Of a stretch of DNA of 64,000 nucleotides, positions 11,933 through 22,866 are shown one piece after another (within the stretch, counting starts at the first letter, position 1; every line of letters starts with the position of its first letter). Source of the DNA: Podarcis bocagei (Eukaryota); assembly GCA_964188305.1 (NCBI GenBank), contig OZ076892.1; one strand, given 5' to 3'. Both the position numbers and the translations under genes were made by a program. The notes beneath the pieces are model-generated. The model was not told the DNA's origin. It searched no databases and was given only the letters and a program-made list of their open reading frames with translations.

Positions 11933-13251
11933 ATTTGGGCAAATGGGGCGCTGCCCCACCAAGCCCAGTTTACTGCCAGCCTGCCCTTATCTGCCTGTCT
12001 CCTTGCTTGGATCCAGTCCTGGGGGTGGCACTGTTTGCCAAATTCCTCCTCCTTAGTTCTCAGCTGCCTTTGTAGAACTCATCAGAAACCTAGAATTAGT
12101 TGGCTGTGAGTGTCAGTGGCTTGGGCTCCACCTACTGTCAGTCTTATTGCCATTGGCTGCAGCAGCAACCACTGAAAACAAACAAAATTCTTTAGTGCTA
12201 CCACCGCATCATTTTGTTGCAAATCCCCTTTGTGATAGATTGCAGGTGCAATCTTGCATGCATGCAAACAGCAGCAACAGTGTGAAAAACAAAACAGTGA
12301 ACAGGAAAACCCCAAATGTATAGTATTTTTTATTTCTCTTGGGCTTTGTGATTGTAAGCCTGTTTCCTCAGAAGTACGTCACATCAAACTCAAGTGGCTT
12401 CCCCCCTATGTGCCTTAAGCATTGCTGCTTTAATTATGGCAGGGTTGAGGGACATGTGGCCCTCCAGTTGTGGTGAGAGTCCAGCTCCCATTAGTTGTAG
12501 CCAGCTTGGCCCATGACCAGGGATGGTGGGAGTTCCAGTACAGCAAAAGCTAGAGGGCCTCAGTTTCCTTATCCCTAAATTATGGGATGGCAAGATGCTT
12601 GAGAGGCAAGTGTACAGATGTGATTGCTGCTGACAGACAAACAGACAGGCAGGCAGGCAGGCAGACAAACAAACAAACAAACAAACAAACAGGGAAAGTA
12701 GAAGAGAGGATTTTGGTAATAAGGGATTTTTTAAAGTAATAATTTTTTTTAAGTGAATTACTAAATTCCGAATGTAAAAGAAGTCTGCCTGAAAATGCTC
12801 TGGCTGTGTACACATTATCAGCTTAAAACGTTGCTAGGTTCTTCTTTTTTCTCAATTCAGTTTGATGCTGACTTGAGGGGAAATGCACCAAAATGCAGTA
12901 TTTCATAAGAAACAGCAGGATAGATCTGGATTGTGGTTAACATGCACACTGCTTACCAAACCAGTGGTGGGAGTGCATTGGATGCAGAATAAATGGACAT
13001 GTGTACACAGCCTCTGTCAAGAGGTAAACATTGACGAAAGTTTGATTCCATTCCCTCATCTTCCTCATTCAGACCATTTCTTTTTTTCCTGAATGTGGGT
13101 GTTAATGAAGGGGAGCTGGGTGTTCATCCCTGACGCATCTTGGGAGCCCCCTGTGGCATGGTGGAGCATAGACCTGACATGGTACTTAAGCAAACAGATG
13201 TAGCTTGGCAAGAAATAGAAAGGTGGGGAGAAATAGAAAGGTGGGGAGGTT

Positions 13252-13314
<63 letters not shown>

Positions 13315-14329
13315 AACAAGAATTATAACAGAATTTAATTAAAAAATTAAAAACAAGCAGTTGGGTGTCATTGTGGAAGACTTTAAGATGCGATCAGTTG
13401 CATGGCATAAATCTGCTTTGAAGTTCTGGGTTCCAATTTTCATCCCTTTGTAGAATAAACTGCTTCTGAGGCAGCTGAGGCCTAAACTGCTTCTTTTCTA
13501 TTAGCAAGTGTGGGAGGAGGGTTGGGAATCAAGCACACTTCTTCCCATCTGCTTCCTGGTTTTATCTTGTTTAATGTTGAAGAGGTGGTCTCTAATCTAA
13601 TACACACAGATATTTCATATTCTCCATATATGAGGATATGAATTCAGTTACATAACTTGCTGGGAATTATAAAACAGAACTCTTCCTGTGCAAGATCTAA
13701 GGGCTGTCCTTGATTAAAATATTACCCAGTTATCAATAGGACTGATTTGGAGAAGGGGGGGAGACAGGCAATGTTTTGAGAGACTAGGGTGTCCAACTAA
13801 CAATGCATCAAAAAGATCTGGGTTCAAATTCCCACCCTGTTGCAAAGCTTACAAAGTGTTATTGGACCTGTCCCTGTCTCTCAGCCTAACTCTAGGGTTG
13901 TTATGAGGATACAGTTGGGGGCGGGGAGAGAACTATGTATGCTGCCCTGAGCTATTTGGAGGAAGTGTAGGGTTTTAAAAATTATTCTTATTATTGAAAT
14001 CATATACAGTAGATGTAAGGATTTTGGTTTTGGTTTTTTTAAAAAAACATGTAGAAGTGGAGTTGAGAATAAAAAGAGGGTACTCAGGAAGGAAGGCAAC
14101 AAACCCATATTTTATGCAAAGAGAAAGCACTAATGCAATTAAGTAGTGGAAATATGTTTACAGATAAAATGACTGCCATTTTTTTTAATGGAAAGCACGC
14201 AAGCCTCCTCTTTCTTTGTAACTATTGGAAGATAAGGTCTATCTGGTGCTTTTAAAACCTCTATAGATGGACTCTGTTCAGGCACAAAGCTATTGAACTG
14301 GCCAGTGTTTAAAGTTGTTGTTTGGAGCA

Positions 14330-14383
<54 letters not shown>

Positions 14384-15384
14384 TGGACTGATAGACACCC
14401 CATGCCAAAATGACTGTTTAAAAAATGCTAAATTATCCTGTGTAGGAAGCCTACTTATCTCGAGTCAGACCACTGAGCCAGCTGACTCAGTGATGGCTGC
14501 ACTCGCTCGCAACTGCTCTCCAGGGTTGCAGACAAGAGTCTTTCTTCTCCAGCCCTACTGGAAGACACCAGGGACTGAGCCTTCTGCCCACATTGCATGT
14601 GCTCTATACAACTGAGCTGTAATAAGGGGGAAAGAATTCTAAAACTTGTGGGCTGCCGTGGACAATGCCTCTCTGGGTGCTTTTGCTATTCCGACGTTGT
14701 GTGCTTAATGCTAACCAATTCCACTGCTTCTGGTGGAACATAGTGGCTGTTTCTTCCGTCTATAATTAGCCTTAAAAAGAAAGAAAATAAAGTGGCTGTT
14801 TTGCTTGGATGTTCCACGATAAATTCACTGGAAACCTTCTCCAACCCTCCCCCCCCCCATTCAAATGCAGTTAAACATCTCTAATAGATGTCTCCATTGT
14901 CAACATCTATTAGAGATCTCTAATGATATCAGTAGCTCCCTAAGAAACACGCGTTAGGCAGGGGCACCGCATTTCCAAGGCAGCTGAGAGCAATGTGTAA
15001 AACTGCTCTCCCCACCAATCCTTAAAGGGTTTTGATGGGCAGCCCCCTCCCTTTAATCTGCAGCCCCGTACGTCGTTCCCGACGTCCAAGAGAGATGTCA
15101 GATATCCCCTCCTTTTAAAAAAAAAAAAGAAGAAGGGGGAAAGAGAGAGAAAGAAATCACAACCATTAGGAGAGCTTGCAGATTCACGGTTTCTCGTGCT
15201 CAGATGCTCAGCAGCAGACCAGGAAGGGAGGGAGGGCAGTGCTGTGTCTGTAACAGTATTTGCAGAAAGACTAGAGGAGATGTCAGACCTTTCTGGCTAG
15301 CATAGTTGCTACTGAGAGAGCCCGTCGTTACCTTGGTAGGCAACTCCCCACCTCACCCCCTGGTTAAGTTTTGGTTTTATTTCG

Positions 15385-15441
15385 ATGCGCTTCGCTTATT
15401 TCAGCACCACCAGGACGGGACAGCTCCCAGGAAGCCTGTAG
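15385..15441 (+). other. Upstream ORF (18 aa, MRFAYFSTTRTGQLPGSL*), same frame as the main ATG
   Basis: ATG at 15385, TAG at 15439-15441, ending 51 nt before the OPRD1 ATG. Only functional if the TSS lies upstream. Confidence 0.45.
15400..15427 (+). promoter_or_regulatory. Split (non-canonical) RE1/NRSE-like site
   Basis: TTCAGCACC-(9 nt)-GGACAGCTCC: both REST half-sites with an expanded spacer. Confidence 0.6.
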
Positions 15442-15492
15442 TATTCCCCGTCTGCCCGACCTCGGGGTGGGATCCAGAAGCTCCCGGCAGAG

Positions 15493-15719
15493 ATGGAGCC
15501 GTCCACCTTTCCCGGTGCTGAACCCTACCCCGATTTCCCCTACAACAGCACCTTTCAAGACTTCGGGTCGACTTCTCTCACGACGTCCAACGCCACGAGT
15601 CAGTCCCCGATCAAGAACACGACTTCAATCATCATCGCCATCGCCATCACTGCCCTGTATTCAGTCGTCTGCGTGGTGGGGCTTTTGGGGAACATCCTGG
15701 TCATGTACGGCATTGTCAG
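15493..15719 (+). CDS. OPRD1: Delta opioid receptor coding exon 1 (N-terminus + TM1), 227 nt
   Basis: ATG at 15493 encodes MEPSTFPGAE...IAITALYSVVCVVGLLGNILVMYGIVR, matching opioid receptor TM1. N-glycosylation sequons at N18, N33 and N42. Donor CAG|GTAAGG at 15719/15720, phase 2. Confidence 0.96.
15495..15522 (-). promoter_or_regulatory. Second split RE1-like site, inverted, over codons 1-10
   Basis: Minus strand reads TTCAGCACC-(9 nt)-GGACGGCTCC, with one mismatch in the GGACAG core. Confidence 0.4.
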
Positions 15720-17457
15720 GTAAGGGCAGGATAGCCGGGATCTAAGGGGCTTATCCCTAGATGCTTCCACGGGAAAGTCCTATGCACGTCTCAGCCTTGG
15801 GTGGGCGCCCCAAGGAATATAGAGGCAGCGAGGATAGCAAGAGGCTATGCTGTGTATTGTGTAGGATGATCAGTAGAACTGTATGTGGCACTAACTTGGA
15901 GAGAAAAGTGTGTGCATGTGTGCGGGTCTGGGGAAGAAAGACATCACGTGCATGTTCACTGAACGGTGTGTAATACAATCATAAAGATAAGTGGGCGGAG
16001 AGAGAATGTATGGGATAATGCAGATTGTGTCTGGGAGAGAATGTAGCATGTTGCATCAAGTACACCACACCTTCACCTAAGAAATCCAGATATTTTCGGA
16101 TTGGCTGAGGACCCTACCTTGCCTCTGCGTTAAGCAATATATTACTACTATATGGAAGGGGGCAGAGCAGCAGGATGTTAGAACGTGGGGATTTCTTTCA
16201 GCTTCAGGAGACAGTTTTGTCTTGCAGCTCGATCCTAGGCAGGTCAGCTTAGAAGCTGAATTCAGTGGGGCTTGCATACTAAGCATAGGATCGCAGGCTT
16301 AATGTGTGCATTTGTGAATGCAAAACAACAAGAGGTCCATATGTTATTATGGGGGCTGGGGCAGGCAATTCCAGTTCATTGCATGGGACTTTGATTTTAT
16401 GTATGGGCTCTATGATTCTGTCCATTCTGTGGATGTTATATGTGGGTGCATTTGAGTGGAGGGGGGCATTTCATAACAGGAAATGCATTGCCTTTGTAAT
16501 GGAGTAGCTTCTAATCTGAGAGACCAGCTGCACAATGAATACTAGTTATATTGATCTGAGTGTTTATGAACTGGGCATGGGGGAACATGATTTAGTTCTT
16601 TCACATTGACCACATGTTCCTGCATGCAAGAGTGCCAACTCTGATTTCATTGCAGTGCGAGTATACTGTACATACACAATGTGTGTATCGTGCATGTATA
16701 AGCACCTACTTATCTTGAACATGGCATGTTCCTTTAACTCTTGGATTGGTTCATAATAAATGAAATTGGAAGTGTTTTTTCTATGCGTTTTTATGGTTAA
16801 ATCGCTTTGGGATGCTTTAAGGGAAGCGATTCATAAATGAAATGAATAAGCAATGCAGTCTTTTTATTGTAGGGAGACATTTACAGCAGCAGGTGCCTCT
16901 TGTTGAAGTGGCAGGGGTAACCATACTCAGCAGGACTATCCATGAAATCACAATCTTATGTAATAAATTCTGCCACTGGATCAACAGAATGAATTCTGCT
17001 CCTTCCTTAAATGCTTACTCTGTGCCATCAAAATGCTTCCTGTCCTGTCTAATAAATATAGGAAACTGTCTTGTACACAAAAGCAAATCATTGCTCCATC
17101 CAGCCCAGTATTTTAATTTTGATTGGAGGTAATTAGGGGAGCACAAGCAATGGTTTTACTCTCCTGCTTAGGGTTATGGTGAGAGCTTCGCTCTCAAAAT
17201 TGTGTTTTGCATTAACTGTTTTCTAGCATCGCTTGTGCTCATATATAGCCTCCATGAAAGCAAGTTCCTCAGGTGTTAAGGGGTTTGGGCAAACAAGAGA
17301 GTGACTCATAGTGGCTTTTTATTTCAAGGTACTTGTTTTGCAACACATGTATACATCTGCACAGACCCGCATCCCATGAAAATCATGGTTCGTTGGGAGG
17401 CTGTTACCATTCGCACGTTTGGAGGGGAGGATTGCAGAGAAGAACACTCATTCTAGT

Positions 17458-18020
17458 GTTCATAGAGTCATGGAATTGTAGAGTTGGAGGGGACACTGAG
17501 GGTTATCTAGTTCAACTCTCTGCAACACTGGAATCTCAGCTAGATAATACATGACAGATGGCCATCCAACCTCTGCTTAAAAAACCTACAAGCAAGGAGA
17601 GTCCACCACCTTCCAAGGGAGTCTATTCCACTGCTGAACAACCCTTACCATCAGAAAGTTCTTCCTGATGCTTGGTCAGAATCTCTTTTCTTGTAACTTG
17701 AATCTATTGGTCCTACCCTTTGGAGCAAGAGAAAACAAGCTTGTTCCCTTTTCTATGTAACAGCCTTACAGATATTTAAAGATGGCTATCATAGCTCCTC
17801 TCAGTCCCCTCTTTTGCAGGCTAAACATATCCTACTCCTTCAGCCACTCCTCTTAAGGTTTAGTTTGATCATCCTGGTCACCTTCCTCTGCACATGTTCC
17901 AGCTTGTTAATGTCCTTCTTAAACTGTGGCACCCAGAACTACACACGGCATTGCAGGTGTGGTCTAACCAAGACAGACTAAAGCAGTACTATTACTTCCT
18001 TTGATCTGCATGCTATACCT
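17458..18020 (-). mobile_element. CR1 LINE 3' fragment
   Basis: CATAGAGTCATGGAATTGTAGAGTTGGA terminal motif and a typical CR1 3' ORF2 region. Related pieces at 34593-34995 (-), 18520-19030 (+) and ~54680-54870 (+). Confidence 0.8.
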
Positions 18021-18705
18021 TTGCTGTTTTTCTATGGTTTTTTCTGAGTCATGCTTTGTGTAGAATATCCAAGATTGTAGGCAGACGTGATCTGTACTCA
18101 TGCATACAACAATCTAAAAGAGAGAGAACAGTCATCCTTAGATTCACATCCTCCCTCTGTATTTGGCAAAAGTGGAAGCTCTGGCAAGGCTACAAGATTC
18201 CTGGAGTCAGAAGATTCTAACTTTGCATAACAAGGTCATCGAATTCTGTGGTTAGAAAATGCAAATTCTACTTAGGAAATTAAATTTTTTTGGGGGGGTG
18301 CTGCATATCTGTCCCCTGATTTTCTTCCCCCAAACTCCCAAAATTGCCTGGCAATGTGTGACCAGTGGTGGTTATTGAGGTGAGATAGCAGTGTCAGTGG
18401 CACAAGTACAGCAACTTGGAGCCCTTACAAGAGGGGTGGGGAGCTGAAGGGCCAATGTTCCCCCACTCCTATTTAGGTTTACTGGCTTTCCCATTCCAAG
18501 AATGTTGCTTTGGGATGGGACAGAGGTGCAGCTTAAGAACCAGTGGGTGGAAATTGCAGGGATACATATTCTAGCTAGACATTAGGAGACACTTCCTAAT
18601 GCTAAGAGTTGTTTTGCAGTGAAACAGAAGCGGCGAGTTCTTCTTGACTGGTGGGATTGAAACAGTAGCTGGGCAGTCACCTGTCAGGGATGCTGTGGTT
18701 GCAGT

Positions 18706-18952
18706 CAGGGGAGGCTGGCTCATCAGGGCAAATGGGGCACTGCTCCACCAACCTCAGCCAACCCCCACTTCTTGCCTTCAACAGTCCAAGGGCAACTGTG
18801 GCTCAGTGTTGCCCTTGTAGAATTCAGCAGAGAGGAGGATGTGGAGCAGCACTACAGTTGTTTGGCCCTACCTGTCCTTGGCTCTGACTCCATCAGCTGT
18901 TGGTCTCCCTGCCTTCAGCACTACCAGTCCCAATGGGCACAAGCCACCACTG
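18706..18952. mobile_element. hAT MITE inserted in a CR1 3' end
   Basis: CAGGGGAGGC/GCCACCACTG ends, 8-bp TSD GTTGCAGT/GTTGCAGA. Confidence 0.65.
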
Positions 18953-20705
18953 GTTGCAGACTGTACTGCAGATCCTGTGTGGAGCAGGGGTTGGACTAGG
19001 TGAACCTCATGGGATTTTCTGAACATCTAAATGTCAAGCTGGTCTGCATGGATTTTCTTTAATTCCCATATGACTCTTTGCTCTCCGTGTGAAGGAAGAT
19101 GTTTCTTTACTGGTTCTGCAAAAAGAAAAAAAGAAAAAAGAGAGAGAACAATTCTCACTTTCTTAAGCAGGCAATATGATGCTCATCTACACTCCATGTT
19201 TCCTAAAGTAACTAGCACATAAACAGATGCAAACAGCAATGTGTACAGATGTATAAAAATTCTCATGTAGTAATACTTGAAAAACGATGGTGCAAAAGAA
19301 TAGAATCACATAACTCTTGGCTCTTTATTGTTGTAAGTATAATATACTTCTTTGGCATATAATTATTCAGACTTTTTTAATTAAAAAAAAATGAAACAAA
19401 TTCTGGCAATTGAGGTATAAGTGGGTGCTTGATGTGAGAGGCAGTCTATAAATATATATTTTGAAGTGTGACTACCAGAGCTATACACACAGCATTCCAG
19501 AACTCTTTGCATTCTCTACCTTTATTTGAAGACAGAGAAATTCCAGTGAATTTCTCCAGAGGGTGTGGAAATTATCCAACTGTTCCTTGGGGATGGGGCT
19601 CACCATTAGAAGTAGCAGCAGCATCAAAGTTTTAATTGTTTTCTGCTGCAAGTACCAGCAACAGCTTTAGGAATAGAGGAAGCTGCCTACACCACCTGCC
19701 CATCTAACTCAGTATTGCCAACACTGAGTGGCAGCCAATCTCAGGGGTTTCAGGCCTTGAAAATTCCCAGCTATGCTGGAGATGCTGAGGATTGAACCTT
19801 CTGCATGTAAAGCAGATGCCCGACCACTCAGCTGTGGGCTTGGCAGCACTGCCACCATTTTGCATCCTGCACTATGGTCCAGACCTAGTATTGTTCCAGG
19901 GTAGTGCTGGGTGGAACACTTGGTGGAATGGAAGCAACTAACCTCCCTCTTCCCCCACCCCCAATGAATGGCAGAGAGTATTCGGGTTGGGGGTGGATTT
20001 CTGCAAATTGCCTTTCTTTTCCTAGATGAAAGAGCAAATCGTGGAAAATTTCTCAGGTGTAGGGTAGGGAAGGGCAAAGTACCCTGTGACAATTTGGTTC
20101 TACTCTCATTGAAACCCCTGCTGGAAAAGCTGCACAAGTCGGAAAGCTATGGTTAAGCTGTATATGATGATCAGAACTGGCAAATGTAATCCTGAGCATG
20201 TTGAGAATTGTAACAAATCCCCTCCTGCAGAGTCAGCTTTCTCAACAGCAGCAGAATGACAGAGATCCCAGTTGCTGCGGAGGAGCACAAATGATTTCTT
20301 TTAACAACCACCAGGGAGACAACCAGAAAGGATTATATATACTCTTCAGACATAATATTTTTAATTGAGTTTGAGTTTTGGAGTGCTGCGCACATTTAGA
20401 GTTGCCTAGTAACTACGAGAACTAATTGGGAGCTAGGGATAGTGTCTGGTGGCTTTATCCCATAGGTTCCCTGTTCTTCAACCAGCAATGGGTCATGACT
20501 TACAATTGGATCCAGTACCTGGAGTCAGCAATGTGAGGCATCTGCTGAGGCCCACATCCCAGTAGAAGACCAATAGTCAATCCCAAGAGTTCCCTGGCAC
20601 TCCACCTCCTTGATGTCACTGCCTGTTTGTCTGCTCTTTCCAAACATGTGAGCAGTTACCAGAACATAAGAAGCTGCATTATGCTGAATCAAATCATTGG
20701 TCCAT

Positions 20706-22866
20706 TGGACTTCCGGGTCAGCGCCATCGGTGAATGGCGGAGTTCCTCCATTCGGAGGAACGGGCTCCATGGAAACTGGGTCTTCCCGCCGCGGCGAAGG
20801 TGGGGACCCGCTAGAAATCCCAGGCGAAGGAAGCCTGGGAACATGGGGTTCAGCAGGGCACCAGGAGCACCCCCTACTCGCAGGGAATCCCATTTAGGGG
20901 CTCCGGAGCAAAGTGGGGTGAGAAGCGCGGTGCTGCGAACTGACTGCTACTTTCACAGAGTGAAGCCGCACAGCCATTGCCGGAGAGCGCTGCCTTTTTT
21001 CTGTGGACAGTTGGATTTAAAACAAGTACCCGTGAGTAGAAACGGAAAATTGGATCAAGAAATTTCTTAATTTGGTAACGAAGCAGGAAGGTTCAAAACA
21101 GGAAGTCTGCCTTCCGCTTTTTGTATATAGACTAAAGCAAAAACTTTGTAAGCTAAAGCCTGGAAAGCTGTCAAAAAAAGTCTAAATTTCCTTCATTTAG
21201 AATTACTGAAACCCCCCTTGGAAGCAGGAGAAAAGGGGGGGAACTTTGTTCAACCCTAGCAGGAGAGGGAGTGAAGAAGGATAAGTTTCCACCGTCTCTA
21301 ACCTGGGAACGGGGTGTCAGAGACAGAAATTGTTGGAGAGGTTCATTGACTGTCAATGGAATATTTTGACAGATAGCTAAAGAAGAGAAACAAGCTGATT
21401 CCAATGTTGCCTTTTGCATTTTAAAGAAACAAAATATCTGAAAAATATCTGAAAAACGAAAGTAATTTTCCTTTGTTGGACTTGCCTAAAAAAAATGGAT
21501 ACAAATAGAAATTGCCTCCTCTAGAGGGAGCTTGTCAAATTGTTGCTGCAGTACATTTGAGGGCTCAACAGATGTGAGATTAAGACCGTGGGAACAGGCT
21601 TTTCTGACCTTAACTAAAGATGAGTTGGAAAGAAGAATGGGTGCTTGCTTTATGCAATACAAGTGCCCTGCTGGAACAGATGCATGAGAAGATGGACTTG
21701 ATGAATGAGAAAATGGATCTGACTGTTGCAGTTAATAACTGTGGGTAAATGGGGAATATTGATACAGAAATTATCCAGGGACCAACTCATGAATCTGTAC
21801 TGACTGGGCAAGTGCAGAAGATAATGGAGAAGGATGCGGTTGCACCCCAAATAATACAAATGGAGAGTCCCGAGGCCCTACAGGAGTATGAGCCGTTGTC
21901 ATTGAAGATTGAAGTTGGAGTGGGCCAGGGGGCGTCTGGAATTGAGGAGGTTCCCAACGTTGGAGAGACCTTGGAATATGCTTTTAAATACTTTTTGGAC
22001 TACATTGAGGATTGTGGGGAGTGGGACTGTGGGGAATGGGCGGGTTTGATGAAGGGAGATGGAGACAATTTTGGCTTGGAATCCCCCAGAGGCCTACCCC
22101 TCAATGAGAAAGGAAAGAAACTCAGAAAGAGACCAACAAAAGACAAGGAAAAGGGCAAGTATAAACAAGAAGAAGAATTGCAGAAGGGACATGGAAGAGA
22201 CTTAAGGGCCTCGGACATAAGGCTTCCAGGTTGATGGACTAGATGGAATGGACAGTAAGGACTGACACGATCCGAGACCAGGAATGAATATTGGATGAAT
22301 ATTGGAAGAAAATTTATAAAGAAAATTTTCTATTTGGGAAATTGGCTAAAAATTAATGAATACTAGGGAAAATGTTGGAATGAAACTATATGACTTTAGC
22401 AGAAATGATATCAGGAGTAATGTATATTTGATAACTAAGATTCAAGCTTTAAGGTGTTTTAGGGTAAGATAAGGTTAAATTAATTAAGGTAATGTGAATA
22501 ATAGAATATGGGGAAAGATGGAGAGGATTGGTTGAGTTAATTATTAGATTAAATTAGGTTAGGATAAATTTTTTAACAAAAATTGAGAAAGATGGAAAGA
22601 ATTTGCTGAAATAACTAATTAAACTAGAATACAAAAAGGGAGGTGTGAGGAAGTCAATGAAACAAGCAAATGGAAGTTTTAGATATGTAATCTGGGATTT
22701 GTGTTGTTTTCTTTTTTCTTTTTATCTTTTTGCTTGTATTGTTGTATTGTTTTTTGTGTTTTTTCCTTTTTTTTCCTTGTCTATTACAGTGTTGCTTTTT
22801 AATGTTCTTTTTTCTTCTTACAATTCTGGAAACTACTAATAAATATTATTTAAAAAACAAAAAACG
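20706..22866 (+). mobile_element. Apparently full-length non-autonomous L1-dependent retroelement (HAL1-like) with a decayed single ORF
   Basis: 14-bp TSD AATCATTGGTCCAT (20692-20705, 22867-22880) splits a Squam3-like SINE. CpG-rich 5' end GGACTTCCGG..CGCCAT..ATGGCGG; ORF remnant ends at 22234; AATAAA 22838-22843 plus A-tail; no RT or endonuclease motifs. Confidence 0.8.

Larger units (their letters stand above)
14940..15492 (+). promoter_or_regulatory. Putative OPRD1 proximal promoter / 5'UTR
   Basis: Repeat-free and locally CpG-enriched (CACGCGTT, CCCGTACGTCGTTCCCGACGTCC), directly upstream of the ATG. The TSS cannot be determined from sequence. Confidence 0.5.
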
